From Spirulina sp. (lineage in GTDB: Bacteria; Cyanobacteriota; Cyanobacteriia; Phormidesmidales; Phormidesmidaceae), in NCBI GenBank assembly GCA_044070495.1, contig JBIPSI010000020.1:32001-96000 (forward strand): a stretch of DNA of 64,000 nucleotides. The letters are read 5' to 3'. Below are positions 41,948 through 53,432 of this stretch, in pieces; position 1 is the stretch's first letter, and every line of letters begins with the position of its first letter. The position numbers and the translations under genes are program-made. A model generated the notes under the pieces. That model saw only the letters and a program-made list of their open reading frames with translations, had not been told where the DNA came from and searched no databases.

Positions 41948-42794
41948 GGACAGCGGCCTGTAGGGAGGCTTCTAGCGATGTTTTGGCCTGCCGCAATGGT
42001 TCTAGCAGCGCCATCGATAACTGAAGCTGATTCAGCCGAGTTTGGCTTTTTGCCCTGGCGGCATCGGGGCTGGGGCCGTGGTAATCGCTGCCCCCCGTCA
42101 TCACCAAACCGTAGCGCTGGCAAAACGCCTCCAGCCGCCGCACATCGCTGGGGCTGTGGCTGGGGTGATAGACCTCTATCCCCATCAACCCTGCTTCTAC
42201 TAATTTGGGCAAAGTCTTGTCCACCGTGCCGCCCCGGAACAGGTAGGGATGTGCCCACACGGGCACCGCCCCACAAGCCCGCAGCAGCCGAATGCCGTCC
42301 GCCGCCGAAAACTCCGCGTAGGGCACGTAGGCAGGGCCATGATCCCCCAGCCAACGGTCAAACACCTCATCCATGGAGTTGGCATAGCCCGCCGCCACCA
42401 TCGCCGCCGCTAGGTGGGGCCGTCCCGGTGCCCGATTGCCCTCCATCGCAGGTAGCGTAATCGGATAGCCCAGTTCCGCCAGCCGATCCACCATCGCTGC
42501 CGCCCGCTGCCGCCGCACCGCTAGTCGCTCCTGCAAAGCCGGATCCAAAGCGTCGCGATTGGGATAAAACCCCAGCACATGGAGCGACCGCCCGTTTTCC
42601 GTGGTGCTCAGTTCCACCCCCGGCACAATCTCTAGGGCATCCCCCGCCGCTGAGAACGCCTCATCCCAGCCCGCTAGGGTGTCGTGGTCGGTAATGGCCA
42701 AGGCTTTTACCCCCGCTGTGATCGCCTCTTGCACTAAAGTGGCTGGAGAGAGGGTGCCGTCGGAGTAGGTCGTGTGGTTGTGGAGATCGAGCAT
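41937..42794 (-). CDS. PHP domain protein
   Basis: LDLHNHTTYSDG, ITDHDT, GVELS, WAHP, GGSDYHG. Confidence 0.93.
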   Translation of the reverse strand: MLDLHNHTTYSDGTLSPATLVQEAITAGVKALAITDHDTLAGWDEAFSAAGDALEIVPGVELSTTENGRSLHVLGFYPNRDALDPALQERLAVRRQRAAAMVDRLAELGYPITLPAMEGNRAPGRPHLAAAMVAAGYANSMDEVFDRWLGDHGPAYVPYAEFSAADGIRLLRACGAVPVWAHPYLFRGGTVDKTLPKLVEAGLMGIEVYHPSHSPSDVRRLEAFCQRYGLVMTGGSDYHGPSPDAARAKSQTRLNQLQLSMALLEPLRQAKTSLEASLQAAVHAQ

Positions 42795-43084
42795 GGGAGA
42801 GAGGAAAGAAAGGTCTCAACGGCTGACGCTGGAGGCTGAGGGCGAGGCTGATCACATGGTCGCAGGTTTCGCCTAGCGGTGTCGGTTCTATTTTACCGCC
42901 CGTGTTCAGACGCAGTTGGTGGAGGTGAACCATGGGAAAGCCGACTTGTGAAGCCAGTCTAAAGGTTGAGGATGATTCGGCCTGGGGCTTCTTACCATGG
43001 AGAGAGGTGATGGAGCGAGGAATTTTGGATCTTGGATTTCAGAATCTTCTGCCCCTGCCGCTTCCGACTTACCAAGGTATCTCC

Positions 43085-44149
43085 ATGACGGACATGACAG
43101 ACTATCAACCCACCGATGCTACCTTCGCGGTGGATCGGGACTGCAAAACCCTGTCGCGCCACGTCCTAGAACAGTTGCAAAGCTTCAGCCCCGATGCCCA
43201 GGATCTGAGCGCCCTGATGAACCGCATTGCCCTGGCCGGAAAGCTCATTGCCCGCCACCTCAGTCGGGCTGGGCTGATGGAATCGGTGCTGGGCTTTACC
43301 GGAGAAACCAACGTGCAGGGCGAGGCCGTCAAGAAGATGGATGTCTACGCCAACAACGTCTTTATTTCGGTGTTCAAACAAAGCGGCCTCGTCTGTCGGC
43401 TGGCTTCCGAGGAAATGGAGCAGCCCTACTATATCCCCGAAAATTGCCCCATTGGCCGCTATACCCTGCTCTACGACCCCATCGATGGATCCTCTAATAT
43501 CGACATTGACCTCAGCATCGGCTCCATCTTTTCCATCCGCCGCCAGGTGGGGGACGACCTCGATCAATCCGCTGGGGATCTCTTGCAGGATGGCCACCAG
43601 CAGTTAGCCGCAGGCTACATCCTCTACGGCCCCAGCACCATGCTGGTCTACACCCTGGGCCAGGGGGTTCATGCCTTTACGCTGGATCCTAGCCTGGGGG
43701 AATTCATCCTCGCCGCCGAGAATATTAAGGTGCCCAGCCACGGCCCCACCTACAGCGTCAACGAAGGCAACTTCTGGCAGTGGGACGACTCCATCCGCGA
43801 CTTCACCCGCTATGTTCATCGCCACGAGGGCTATTCGGCCCGCTACAGTGGGGCACTGGTGGCGGATTTTCACCGGATTTTGCTCCAGGGCGGCGTGTTC
43901 CTCTATCCCGGCACCGTCAAAAAGCCCGACGGCAAGCTGCGGCTGCTCTACGAAAGTGCCCCCCTCGCCCTGCTGATTGAACAGGCCGGAGGCCGCGCCA
44001 GCACCGGCATTCAGCCCATCCTGGATATCGTGCCGACGGAACTGCACCAGCGCACCCCGCTGATCATCGGCAGCACCGAAGACGTGGCCCTAGTGGAATC
44101 CTTCATCCACGACCACAGCCGTCGGCAGCAAGACCAAGAGGCAGAGTAA
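43085..44149 (+). CDS. fbp: class 1 fructose-1,6-bisphosphatase
   Basis: [36 protein letters not shown]. Confidence 0.96.
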   Translation: MTDMTDYQPTDATFAVDRDCKTLSRHVLEQLQSFSPDAQDLSALMNRIALAGKLIARHLSRAGLMESVLGFTGETNVQGEAVKKMDVYANNVFISVFKQSGLVCRLASEEMEQPYYIPENCPIGRYTLLYDPIDGSSNIDIDLSIGSIFSIRRQVGDDLDQSAGDLLQDGHQQLAAGYILYGPSTMLVYTLGQGVHAFTLDPSLGEFILAAENIKVPSHGPTYSVNEGNFWQWDDSIRDFTRYVHRHEGYSARYSGALVADFHRILLQGGVFLYPGTVKKPDGKLRLLYESAPLALLIEQAGGRASTGIQPILDIVPTELHQRTPLIIGSTEDVALVESFIHDHSRRQQDQEAE

Positions 44150-44152
44150 TGA

Positions 44153-44185
44153 GGTAAGGGGCTTGTCCTAGGCAAGCCCCTTACC
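44153..44185. terminator. hairpin between convergent fbp and mnmG
   Basis: GTAAGGGGCTTG-TCCTAGG-CAAGCCCCTTAC. Confidence 0.65.
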
Positions 44186-44229
44186 CCCATCCATCCGGTT
44201 CTATACCAAGGTGTTGGCTCAGGATGGCC

Positions 44230-46188
44230 TTAGCCTATTAGGGTTGTTTCGGTGGTTTGGGACTTCGATCCATGGGTTCCAGCAGGCGGCTGATTGCGGC
44301 GCAACTGAATTTCCAAATGCACCAGCAGGGCATTCACATCGGCGGGGTTGACGCCCCCAATGCGGGAGGCTTGGCCGATGGTGAGGGGTTTCACCTGGTT
44401 GAGTTTTTCGCGGGCCTCTTTAGAAAGGGTGTCGATGGTCGTGTAGTCGAGGGTTTCGGGCAGTTTGCGGTTAGCGTTTTTGGCGATTTGGTCAATCTGG
44501 TTTTGCTGACGCTGAATGTAGCCGGAGTATTTGATGTCGATTTCAGCCCCTTCCTTTTCCTCGCGGTTGAGGTCGGGATGGCCCAGTCCGTAGCGATCCA
44601 AATCCACGTAATGAAAGCCGGGACGACGCAGCAGGTCGGCCAGGGTGATGGAACCTTTGATACGTTGATCGGTGTCGGCGGCAATTTGTTGGCCAATGGG
44701 ATCGTTTTCTTTAACGCGGGTGCTGTGCAGACGGTCTTTTTCGGCGGCGATGTGGTCGTATTTGCGGGTGAACAAATCCCAGCGGCGGTCGTCAATCAGG
44801 CCGATTTCTCGTCCCAAAGGCGTCAGTCGCTGATCGGCATTGTCGGAGCGCAGCAGCAGACGGTACTCCGAACGGGAGGTCAGCATTCGGTAGGGTTCCC
44901 GCAGATCCTTGGTACAGAGGTCGTCTAGCAGGGTGCCGATGTAGCTGCCTTCGCGGGGCAGAATCAGTAGGTCTTGGCCCTGTACCAGTCGCGCCGCGTT
45001 GACCCCGGCCACAAAGCCCTGGGCGGCGGCTTCTTCGTAGCCCGTGGTGCCGTTGATTTGTCCGGCGCAGAACAGCCCTTCCACCCGTTTGGTCATCATG
45101 GTGGGGTAGCACTGGGTAGCGGGTAGATAGTCGTACTCCACGGCGTAGGCGGGGCGCAGCATGGCGCAGTGCTCCAAACCGGGGAGGGTGCGCAGCATGG
45201 CCAGTTGCAGCTTTTCGGGAAGCCCCGTCGAAAAGCCCTGGACGTAGATTTCGGGGATGTCGCGCCCTTCGGGTTCGAGGAAAATTTGGTGGCTTTCCTT
45301 GTCGGCAAAGCGGACGATTTTGTCTTCAATGCTGGGGCAATAGCGGGGGCCTTTAGAATCCACCCAGCCGCCGTAGATGGGCGACAGGTGAATATTGTCT
45401 TGGATCAGGCGATGGGTGGCGGCGGTGGTGCGGGTGAGGTGGCAGGGCATTTGTTCCCGCTCGACCCAGACCTTTGGGTCAAAGCTGAACCAGCGCACAT
45501 TGTCGTCACCGGGCTGGGGTTCCAGGACATCGAAATTGATCGAACGACGGTCTACCCTGGCCGGAGTGCCTGTTTTCAGCCGTCCTGTTTCAAAGCCCAA
45601 TTGATTCAGGGTATCGGTCAGCCCTTCAGCGGCAAACTCCCCGGCTCGTCCAGCGGCCATGGATTTATCGCCAATCCAGATCGTGCCGCCTAGGAAGGTG
45701 CCCGTCGTCAGAATCACCGCCCGACAGCGGAAGGCCACCCCAAAGTAGGTTTGAACGCCAATTACCTCGTCGTTTGGCCCCAGCACCAAGTCCGTCACCA
45801 TGCCCTCGCGGAGGGTGAGGTTTTCCTGGTTTTCTACGATGGTCTTCATCACGGCGGCGTATTCGCGCTTGTCGGTCTGTGCCCGCAAGGCCCACACCGC
45901 AGGGCCACGGGAGTTATTCAAAATGCGCTTTTGCAGGTAGGTGCGGTCGGCCATTTTGCCAATTTCGCCGCCGAGGGCATCCACCTCGTGGGTAAGCTGA
46001 GATTTGGCAGGGCCACCCACCGCCGGATTGCAGGGCTGCCACGCAATTTTGTCTAAGTTGAGGGTGATCATCAACGTGCGACAGCCCAGTCGCGCCGATG
46101 CTAAAGCCGCCTCGCAGCCGGAATGCCCCGCGCCAACCACGACGACATCATATTCATCCAAAAAATCAGCGGTATCGGGGGCAATCAT
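44230..46188 (-). CDS. mnmG: tRNA uridine 5-carboxymethylaminomethyl modification enzyme
   Basis: [48 protein letters not shown]. Confidence 0.98.
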   Translation of the reverse strand: MIAPDTADFLDEYDVVVVGAGHSGCEAALASARLGCRTLMITLNLDKIAWQPCNPAVGGPAKSQLTHEVDALGGEIGKMADRTYLQKRILNNSRGPAVWALRAQTDKREYAAVMKTIVENQENLTLREGMVTDLVLGPNDEVIGVQTYFGVAFRCRAVILTTGTFLGGTIWIGDKSMAAGRAGEFAAEGLTDTLNQLGFETGRLKTGTPARVDRRSINFDVLEPQPGDDNVRWFSFDPKVWVEREQMPCHLTRTTAATHRLIQDNIHLSPIYGGWVDSKGPRYCPSIEDKIVRFADKESHQIFLEPEGRDIPEIYVQGFSTGLPEKLQLAMLRTLPGLEHCAMLRPAYAVEYDYLPATQCYPTMMTKRVEGLFCAGQINGTTGYEEAAAQGFVAGVNAARLVQGQDLLILPREGSYIGTLLDDLCTKDLREPYRMLTSRSEYRLLLRSDNADQRLTPLGREIGLIDDRRWDLFTRKYDHIAAEKDRLHSTRVKENDPIGQQIAADTDQRIKGSITLADLLRRPGFHYVDLDRYGLGHPDLNREEKEGAEIDIKYSGYIQRQQNQIDQIAKNANRKLPETLDYTTIDTLSKEAREKLNQVKPLTIGQASRIGGVNPADVNALLVHLEIQLRRNQPPAGTHGSKSQTTETTLIG

Positions 46189-46335
46189 GGGCGTTGGGCA
46201 ACAGGGCAGTCAATGAACAGAACGTTATATCAATTCTAGCGGTTCAGTTCTAGGGATTTTGGTTGAGTTTTTCGCCTGGGTGATCATAGGCTTCTCCGGG
46301 GCTGACCCTGGTTTTTCCCCAGACTTCCCCCTGGG

Positions 46336-46863
46336 CTATGACGAGGAGGATCGACCGACGACCCAGGCGATCAATCCGTGGACTAGGGCAGGGCTAAGGC
46401 AACTGCCCACAAGGGCACCCAGGATAGCTGGGGTAGCACGATCACTGCTGGTGGGCAGCAGCCACTGGGCAATGGCGCTGAAAACGATCACCACGATCAG
46501 CGGCAGGACGGCCCCCACCAGGATGCTGCCCAGTAACCCAATCCCTTGCCAGAGCAAGAAATTGTGCTGGCTAGCTCCAAACCAATAGCCCCAGGCCACA
46601 GACCATACCCCAATTAAAAGACCAGAACCCACAAACAGGGGCACGAAAAATACTAAAAAGGCAATGCCACCGCCCTGGCTTTCAAAGGTTTCTGGGGCAA
46701 AGGTCTGGAGCATGAAGATACCTAAGCCTAACCCTAGAATCGTCGCCACCGCAACCGCTAGCACCATCCATCCCAAAAAAGCAAAGGATCCGCTTTTGGC
46801 CCAACTGATCACCCCCGCTGCCACAAAATATAGAAGCACAAATCCTAACAGCAGGTATTCCAT
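46336..46863 (-). CDS. hypothetical membrane protein
   Basis: 175 aa with about five hydrophobic segments. Confidence 0.7.
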   Translation of the reverse strand: MEYLLLGFVLLYFVAAGVISWAKSGSFAFLGWMVLAVAVATILGLGLGIFMLQTFAPETFESQGGGIAFLVFFVPLFVGSGLLIGVWSVAWGYWFGASQHNFLLWQGIGLLGSILVGAVLPLIVVIVFSAIAQWLLPTSSDRATPAILGALVGSCLSPALVHGLIAWVVGRSSSS

Positions 46864-46989
46864 CTGGATTATCTCCTGTAGCTATGTAGGGCTAGTTACC
46901 GAGGGCTATCGCTCCCGCAGGAGATGACAGAAAAAGGATTGCCCTTCTGCCTTCCACCTCCATAGTTTTGCATTGCTGTACTCTGGGCA

Positions 46990-47811
46990 TTACACGGCAA
47001 CAACGTAAGAACTTACCTCGCTAAAGGTAGCCTGACTTAACTGTTGTGGATCGATAAAGAAATAGAAGTAGACCCCGTCTGAATCGGGATGTTCTAACTC
47101 TAGCAAAAGCTGCCCTTCTGCATCTTCTAGCGTTTCTGGTACGTAGGAGTGAACTTCGGGATATCCCCCTAGCTTACCCTGCTCTTTCAACGCCATGTGC
47201 TCTTTTTGCTCATAGAACCAGTCGTAGTAAAATTCCTCCCACATTGGTTCTAGCTCCTCCGGTGTATCGAGAGGCTGAGAAACCTGGAAGGCAGAGGATC
47301 GATAGTCGAAAAAAACGTCCTGTTCGATTGAGAAGCTAAGGCGATAAACGGGAGTAAACCATTCGTCGTTGCTGCGATCATGCTCTAAAAAACTGAAGTC
47401 TGTAGTTAAGTCTTCGGCATCACGAGAAAATTTTGGGAAATAACGGATGTAGTGCTGTGTCGTGCCCCACTCCCCCATGGGAACCACGTATCCAGTATAG
47501 AATTGCAAAAGTCCCTGTTTTGGAAAGTTAAAGCCCTCAATCTCTGGCACGTCTGCACAATTAATTTGCCCCAAGAACATCAAAAAGCGATCCGCGTCTT
47601 CATCCTTGGGATAATCCATACCCTTGGGCAGATAGGGATACCCTCCAACCTTACTTTCCCAAGGGTTTAACAAATCTGGGTCGGCGGCATTATCGAGGTA
47701 GCCTATTTCCTCGCATTTGAGGGCAATATAGGGCAGAAGATTCTGGGTAAGAAAGGGTTTGACGGCTGCAAACTCCTCAGGGATTTTGGCGATCAAGGTA
47801 GGATCAATCAT
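46990..47811 (-). CDS. YwqG/DUF1963 family protein
   Basis: SKVGGYPYLP, FLGQIN, GLLQFY, KLGGYP, YFFI. Confidence 0.85.
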   Translation of the reverse strand: MIDPTLIAKIPEEFAAVKPFLTQNLLPYIALKCEEIGYLDNAADPDLLNPWESKVGGYPYLPKGMDYPKDEDADRFLMFLGQINCADVPEIEGFNFPKQGLLQFYTGYVVPMGEWGTTQHYIRYFPKFSRDAEDLTTDFSFLEHDRSNDEWFTPVYRLSFSIEQDVFFDYRSSAFQVSQPLDTPEELEPMWEEFYYDWFYEQKEHMALKEQGKLGGYPEVHSYVPETLEDAEGQLLLELEHPDSDGVYFYFFIDPQQLSQATFSEVSSYVVAV

Positions 47812-47940
47812 GGTTTTCCTGAGCTAGGTTTGGCGTTTTTCCATGCTGGTCAAGTCAATAGAACCTGTTTAACTAGGGGTTAAATCAGGGGCATCTTGGC
47901 GGCGGGCGGGTACCCAGCGCTTTCATTATGGCAATAATCC

Positions 47941-48801
47941 CTAGGGTAGCCAGGGATATTGACGGAAATCGGGGGGGCGTTTGTCGAGGAAAGCCTGTTT
48001 GCCTTCGGCCCCTTCTTCGGTCATGTAGTAGAGCAGGGTGGCGTTTCCGGCGAGTTCCTGGAGACCCGCCTGCCCGTCGCAGTCGGCATTGAAGGCGGCT
48101 TTGAGGCAGCGAATGGCCAGGGGGCTTTTTTGCAGAATTTCCTGCGCCCACTGAACACCCTCAGCCTCCAGGTGTTCCACGGGCACGACGCAGTTGACCA
48201 GGCCCATATCGAGGGCTTCCTGGGCATTGTATTGGCGGCAGAGATACCAGATTTCTCGCGCCTTTTTCTGACCTACCAACCGCGCCAGGTAGCTGGCCCC
48301 AAAACCCCCGTCAAAACTGCCGACCCTTGGCCCCGTTTGGCCAAAAATGGCGTTGTCTGCGGCAATGGTGAGATCGCACACCACATGGAGCACGTGGCCC
48401 CCGCCGATGGCATAGCCCGCCACCAGGGCAATCACCACCTTGGGCATGGATCGGATCAGCCGCTGCAAATCCAGCACGTTTAGCCGAGGGGTGCCGTCTT
48501 CATCTACGTAGCCGCCCTGGCCGCGCACGCTTTGGTCGCCGCCGGAGCAAAAGGCGTATTTGCCGTCGGTGTGGGGGCCAGCCCCGGTGAGCAGCACCAC
48601 CCCAATGCGGCTGTCCTCCCGCGCATTGACAAAGGCGTCGTAGAGTTCCGAGACGGTTTTAGGCCGAAAGGCGTTGCGCTTGTGGGGCCGATTGATGGTG
48701 ATTTTGGCGATGCCGTCGGCCTTTTCGTAAATGATATCTTCGTAGGGTTTAACCGAGTGCCATTCAACCTGCATGGGGCGCTTATCCAGAACTGTATCCA
48801 T
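47941..48801 (-). CDS. menB: 1,4-dihydroxy-2-naphthoyl-CoA synthase
   Basis: [34 protein letters not shown]. Confidence 0.97.
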   Translation of the reverse strand: MDTVLDKRPMQVEWHSVKPYEDIIYEKADGIAKITINRPHKRNAFRPKTVSELYDAFVNAREDSRIGVVLLTGAGPHTDGKYAFCSGGDQSVRGQGGYVDEDGTPRLNVLDLQRLIRSMPKVVIALVAGYAIGGGHVLHVVCDLTIAADNAIFGQTGPRVGSFDGGFGASYLARLVGQKKAREIWYLCRQYNAQEALDMGLVNCVVPVEHLEAEGVQWAQEILQKSPLAIRCLKAAFNADCDGQAGLQELAGNATLLYYMTEEGAEGKQAFLDKRPPDFRQYPWLP

Positions 48802-49048
48802 TTTCCAATACTTCAGCCTCTCACACCCTTGTCCCCTTAGGATCGACTCGGTACCCGCCCGCCGTCTAACCCTTGCCGGTGTTGACGCACCCAGTCGGTC
48901 AAGGACAGCAACCCCTAGGTCAACGGCCTTCCCTCGTCCACCGAAATGCCGAGGGGAATGATACTATCTTGGAGCTTCAGTGCTATCCCCAGGGCTTCGG
49001 GGGAATGTTGTGGCCAAGGACACCCTAGGAGAGACTCGTAGGACGGTT

Positions 49049-49885
49049 ATGCAGACGCGGATTTTGGAGAAGCAGGATATCTTAACGGGCTACGATGCCG
49101 TGTGTCCGCTCTACCCCCATCTTCCGTCGGTGAGCCACTGGCGTGCCTGGGAGTACGCAGGCTACCAGCACTATCACCTGAGTGGAGACATTCTGGATCT
49201 GGGCTGTGGCGATGGGCAATACTTTCGGCTGCTGTGGCCCCAGACGGGCTGTGTGGTTGGGGTGGATATTAACCCCGCCGCGATCAGTCTGGCCGAGGGA
49301 AGTGGCGTCTACAAGACCGTTCACCTCACGGAGGCCCACCAGGTACCGGAGCCGGATGGGCGCTTTGATCATGTCTTTGCCAACTGTTCCCTAGAGCACA
49401 TGGATGAACTCGATGCGGTGCTGGCGGAGGTGTATCGCTGCCTGAAGCCAGGGGGAACCTTGCTCTGTAGTGTGGTCACCCATCGCTTTATTGAGTGGGC
49501 CTGGCTAGGGCAACTGATGGCCCAGGCCGGATTTCGTGAAGCGGCCCAAGCCCTCAACCAGGATTTTCTAGATTTCCACAACCTCGCCAACCCCCTCACC
49601 CCAACAGAGTGGGAGCAGCGTTTTCTGAAGGCCAAGCTGGTGCCAGAGGATCACATCCCGCTTTTGCCCCAGCACAACAGTAGTGTGTTTTTATTTATCG
49701 ATAGCCTTTGGCACCTGAGACAGGCCGGGGGTGGCGAGGTCGGGCATCAGGTGCTTCCGATCTTGGCCACCAACCCCAACTTCCCCGCCGGGTTTCGATC
49801 TGTCCTGGCCGGGTTGTTAGATATGGAAACCGACTGGCTAGACTGTAGCGGGGCCATTTTCCACGCCAGAAAGCCCATGGCCTGA
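49049..49885 (+). CDS. class I SAM-dependent methyltransferase
   Basis: ILDLGCGDG, FDHVFANCSLEH, RCLKPGG. Confidence 0.9.
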   Translation: MQTRILEKQDILTGYDAVCPLYPHLPSVSHWRAWEYAGYQHYHLSGDILDLGCGDGQYFRLLWPQTGCVVGVDINPAAISLAEGSGVYKTVHLTEAHQVPEPDGRFDHVFANCSLEHMDELDAVLAEVYRCLKPGGTLLCSVVTHRFIEWAWLGQLMAQAGFREAAQALNQDFLDFHNLANPLTPTEWEQRFLKAKLVPEDHIPLLPQHNSSVFLFIDSLWHLRQAGGGEVGHQVLPILATNPNFPAGFRSVLAGLLDMETDWLDCSGAIFHARKPMA

Positions 49886-49994
49886 TTGCCCCCTTAAACC
49901 CAATGCCGGTCAGGGTTTTGTCCCGCAGAGTCTGCGGGGTGGCGAATCGCGACAGCCTGACCGTGCCTTCGCCCAGATTTTCTCTAAAAACATC

Positions 49995-50234
49995 GTGCAA
50001 CCAGGGTTTGCCGAGGCGGCCCAGGCCAAAGCCCAGGCCACTCCTCCGGTTGAGGTGGTCAAGCCCGTGGATGAGCGGGCCACGATGCGGGCCACGATGC
50101 GGGCCGACCTCCGCCAGTATTTGGACGTGCAGGCCCAGCACCCAGAGGCCATCATTCTCGTAAAGTCCCCGGATCTGCGGTTTTATAAGGCGTTTCTGGA
50201 GGGAGTTCAGCAAACGCTATCATCATCGCCATAA
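49995..50234 (+). CDS. small hypothetical protein (doubtful)
   Basis: 79-aa ORF with a 12-bp tandem duplication. Confidence 0.3.
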   Translation: MQPGFAEAAQAKAQATPPVEVVKPVDERATMRATMRADLRQYLDVQAQHPEAIILVKSPDLRFYKAFLEGVQQTLSSSP

Positions 50235-50347
50235 ATTCCATCACAGCAAGCTCCTCAGACCCTCGCCTGAATTCTGCTTGCTGCTTTCCTTGTCGGACCA
50301 AATGGATAAAGTCGAGCTAAGATAGTAGCGTCCGAAAATGCTCCAGA

Positions 50348-51436
50348 CTACTTGGCTGCAATAATATGAAGATCGACGCTAGGAAGCGCTCGCATGAGCC
50401 GCTGGACAATCGAGCCTTTTGTCAGCAGTTGCCAGCGTGATCGTTGGGTTTCTCCCAAAACAATTTGAGTGACATAATTGTTGGTCGCAATGTTGGCAAT
50501 GGCTCTGACCACATCCTCAGATTCTACCCGCAAAAACTCACCCTCAAATTCCTCACAGAGCCGTTTGCAAGTTTCGACATGAAGCGCTTCTACCTTAGAC
50601 AAAAACTGATGGGGATGAGCGACAAACAGCACATAAAAGCGACCATTCATTTGGCTTGCGATACGTGCCCCTCGCCGCAACAGTTGAATTGAACTGGGAT
50701 TTGTTGAAACACATACCAAAATGCATTCTTGGATATTGCAGTAATTCTGGGCGTTTTCCTCTCGGCCATTTTCTTCAATATTGTCGGCAACTTCTCTCAG
50801 GGCTAATTCTCGCAAAGCCACCAGATTCTGGCGCTTAAAAAAGTTTTGCAAAGCCTGATCAATCTTTGTGGGAGCGTAGATTTTACCCTCCTGTAACCGC
50901 TCTTGCAACGTTTCAGGGGTGACATCAATGACTACGACCTCATCGGCTTCGTCAATCAGGCGATCAGGCACTCGTTCTCGCACCACGACCCCAGAAATTT
51001 TGTGTACTAGATCATTCAAGCTCTCCAAATGTTGAATATTGATGGTGGAATACACATCAATCCCTGTATCTAAAATGAATTCCACATCTTGATAACGCTT
51101 TTCTCGTAGTGAACCAGGAACATTAGTATGGGCCAACTCATCAATAAGCACTAGGTGGGGGCAACGGTCGATAATACCCTGGACATCCATCTCCATCAGG
51201 CCACGTCCCTGCCAAAATGTCGGCTTCAGTGGGACTTGTTCTAGGCCATCAGCCTTTTCAGCAGTGTCGGCTCGTCCGTGGGTTTCTAATAAACCAATCA
51301 CCACATCAAAGCCTTCCTGCTTAAGCTGCTGTCCTTCCTCCAGCATCCGGTAGGTTTTGCCCACCCCAGGAGCCATGCCGATAAAAATTTTGTGCTTGCC
51401 TCGGCGGGGAGGAGAGGGGGATTGGGTGGGGGACAT
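50348..51436 (-). CDS. kdpD: short cyanobacterial KdpD (KdpD + USP domains, no kinase)
   Basis: RRGKHKIFIGMAPGVGKTYRML, DELAHTN, NIQHLESLND; real start MSPTQ (the upstream in-frame extension is repeat DNA). Confidence 0.93.
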   Translation of the reverse strand: MSPTQSPSPPRRGKHKIFIGMAPGVGKTYRMLEEGQQLKQEGFDVVIGLLETHGRADTAEKADGLEQVPLKPTFWQGRGLMEMDVQGIIDRCPHLVLIDELAHTNVPGSLREKRYQDVEFILDTGIDVYSTINIQHLESLNDLVHKISGVVVRERVPDRLIDEADEVVVIDVTPETLQERLQEGKIYAPTKIDQALQNFFKRQNLVALRELALREVADNIEENGREENAQNYCNIQECILVCVSTNPSSIQLLRRGARIASQMNGRFYVLFVAHPHQFLSKVEALHVETCKRLCEEFEGEFLRVESEDVVRAIANIATNNYVTQIVLGETQRSRWQLLTKGSIVQRLMRALPSVDLHIIAAK

Positions 51437-51445
51437 GGGGGGGTG

Positions 51446-51586
51446 GAGGGTTGGGAGGTTGGGAGATTGGGAGGTTGGAGGGTTGGGAGGTTGGGAGGTT
51501 GGGAGGTTGGGAGGTTGGAAGGTTGGAAGGTTGGAAGGTTGGAGGGGTTGAGAGTTTGAGGGGTTGAACTTTCCAGCTTTCCCACC
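51446..51586. repeat. 8-bp tandem array (12 units GGAGGTTG/GAAGGTTG) plus short inverted arm
   Basis: Units at 51446-51541; inverted AACTTTCCAGCTTTCC at 51567-51582. Confidence 0.95.
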
Positions 51587-51587
51587 T

Positions 51588-52274
51588 TCAACCGTTGAAT
51601 TGAGGACGGGTGTGGGGTTGGGTGGTGGCGCGGTGGAGGGTTTGTTGAGCGGGTGTGTAGGTGGGGTCGAGGTCGAGGGCGGCACGGTATTTTTTTAGGG
51701 CGTCGAGTCGGTTGCCGAGGTATTCTTCAATTTCACCCAAGAGGGTTAGGGCTTCGGGGCGTTTTGGGTTGCAGCGCAGCGCCTCTTTCAAAAAGCCTGT
51801 GGCCTGGGAGTAATCTTGGCGATTGAGGTAGTCTTGAGCGGTCTTAAGCAGGGTGTCGTAGTCCGCATCAAGCTTGGCCCAGGGGTGGGGACTTTCCAGG
51901 GTCTTACGGACAATGGATTGAATGGTGCGGGCGCTGAAAGGCTTTTGCACATAGCCATGGGGTTCTTGAATAAAGTCCATAGCACCCGACTTCATGGCCT
52001 GTACGGCTTCATCAACGCTACTGTGAACGGCGGTAACGATCACCCGCAAGCAGGGATAGTCGTGAAGTAGCTGCCGAATGATGTCCACATCCTCAGTCTG
52101 GGTAAGCATCGCATCTAAGATCGCCACATCGATATGCTGATGAGCCAGAATTTCATTAGCAGCCTCAATGGTTTCTGCTTGGAGGACTTCGTAGTCAGCG
52201 GCAGTTAAAAACTGTGCCACGGTGCTGCGGGATATCTCGTCATGGTGAATAATCAGGATGGTGTTTTTTAGCAT
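51588..52274 (-). CDS. response regulator receiver plus TPR protein
   Basis: DVAILDAML, AVQAMKSGAMDFI, KPF; TPR PEALTLLGEI...YRAALDLDPTY. Confidence 0.88.
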   Translation of the reverse strand: MLKNTILIIHHDEISRSTVAQFLTAADYEVLQAETIEAANEILAHQHIDVAILDAMLTQTEDVDIIRQLLHDYPCLRVIVTAVHSSVDEAVQAMKSGAMDFIQEPHGYVQKPFSARTIQSIVRKTLESPHPWAKLDADYDTLLKTAQDYLNRQDYSQATGFLKEALRCNPKRPEALTLLGEIEEYLGNRLDALKKYRAALDLDPTYTPAQQTLHRATTQPHTRPQFNG

Positions 52275-52288
52275 GGGATTAGAGCGAT

Positions 52289-52375
52289 GAGAACGTGAGA
52301 ACGTGAGTAGGGGAGGTTGGGAGGTTGGGAGGTTAGAAGGTTAGAAGGTTGGGAGGTTAGAAGGTTGGGAGGTTG
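52289..52375. repeat. 8-bp tandem array (8 units G(G/A)AGGTT(G/A)) preceded by GAGAACGT x2
   Basis: Units at 52312-52375. Confidence 0.93.
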
Positions 52376-52446
52376 TAAAGGTTTAAGTCTCTAAAATTTT
52401 TCACTTTCAAATCTTCACACTTACTAAAAATCCTCACACCTATATT

Positions 52447-53016
52447 TCAGCGGTTATCCAGCGCTAAATTTAGGGTCAAGACATTGATTCCGGGTTCACC
52501 AAAAATCCCTAGAAATCGACCGTCAGTGTTTTGAGCAATGAGTGATTGAACTTCGTCTACCGACAGCCCTCGTGCCTGAGCTACTCGCTCCACCTGGGCT
52601 TCGGCGGCGGCGGGGGAAATATGTGGGTCAAGGCCAGAGCCAGAGGAATAAAGCAGATCGGCAGTGGGTTCCACTCCCTCACTGCGAAGGCGTTCAGCTT
52701 CTACTTTAATGCGCTCTAACAGTTCAGAATTATCGGGAGCTAGGTTGCTGCCACCGGATAGGCCCGTGGGATTCGCATCGCCCCCTTCGCTGTAGGCAAT
52801 GACGCTGGGACGACTCCAGAAGTACTCATTGGTGGTGAAGGTTTGGCCAATCAATGCTGACCCCACGATTTCACCCTGGCTATTGGTTAGTAAGCTGCCG
52901 TTGGCCTGGTAGGGAAAAGCCGTTTGGCCGATGAGAAAAATTAGGAGTGGATAGAGAAATGCTGTCAAGAGCCAGAGGGTGGCAATACTGCGGATGCTGA
53001 TGATGAGGTCTTGCAT
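52447..53016 (-). CDS. kdpC: K+-transporting ATPase subunit C
   Basis: FPYQANGSL...GSALIGQ, YFWSRPS, SGSGLDPHISP, NVLTLNLALD. Confidence 0.96.
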   Translation of the reverse strand: MQDLIISIRSIATLWLLTAFLYPLLIFLIGQTAFPYQANGSLLTNSQGEIVGSALIGQTFTTNEYFWSRPSVIAYSEGGDANPTGLSGGSNLAPDNSELLERIKVEAERLRSEGVEPTADLLYSSGSGLDPHISPAAAEAQVERVAQARGLSVDEVQSLIAQNTDGRFLGIFGEPGINVLTLNLALDNR

Positions 53017-53040
53017 GGGAAGTAAGGGGGTAGGGGTTTG

Positions 53041-53080
53041 AAGGTGTGAACGTGTCAACGTGTGAACGCTGGAACGTTGG
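53041..53080. repeat. degenerate 8-bp tandem array (5 units)
   Basis: AAGGTGTG AACGTGTC AACGTGTG AACGCTGG AACGTTGG. Confidence 0.8.
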
Positions 53081-53084
53081 TTTT

Positions 53085-53276
53085 TTAAAACTTTTCGGGT
53101 TGGACGATCACTGCGGCTAAATAGACAGCGAGACCCACGACAACGAGGCCGAGAAGACCGAGGGCATAGGCGGTGCCACGGGAGATATCTGGGCCGGTAG
53201 TGGCATGGAGAGCGGGTGCAATCAAAGCGTTGATCAGCAAACCCAGCAGCAAAATTTTGGGGAGATTAGGTTTCAT
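53085..53276 (-). CDS. kdpF: KdpF-like small hydrophobic subunit (cyanobacterial KdpG position)
   Basis: Two TM segments, C-terminal YLAAVIVQPEKF; lies between kdpB and kdpC. Confidence 0.85.
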   Translation of the reverse strand: MKPNLPKILLLGLLINALIAPALHATTGPDISRGTAYALGLLGLVVVGLAVYLAAVIVQPEKF

Positions 53277-53329
53277 AGGAAGAAAGGTTTTGTGATGGAT
53301 GATGGATAGGGTTTAAGAATTAGATGTTG

Positions 53330-53430
53330 TCAGGTTAGAAGGTTGTCAGGTTAGAAGGTTGGAAGGTTGGAAGGTTAAAAACTTAGAAAACCTAAACCTT
53401 CACACGTTCCAACCTTCACATGTTCCAACC
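53330..53430. repeat. 8-bp tandem arrays in inverted arrangement
   Basis: Six forward units at 53330-53377; inverted AACCTTCA CACGTTCC AACCTTCA CATGTTCC at 53395-53426. Confidence 0.92.
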
Positions 53431-53432
53431 CC

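Noticed and set aside
51437..51685. Pro-rich N-terminal extension of KdpD, and ORFs 51298-51591, 51357-51551, 55431-55643, 56084-56365
   Set aside because: They are read-through of stop-free octamer arrays; KdpD similarity starts near MSPTQ.
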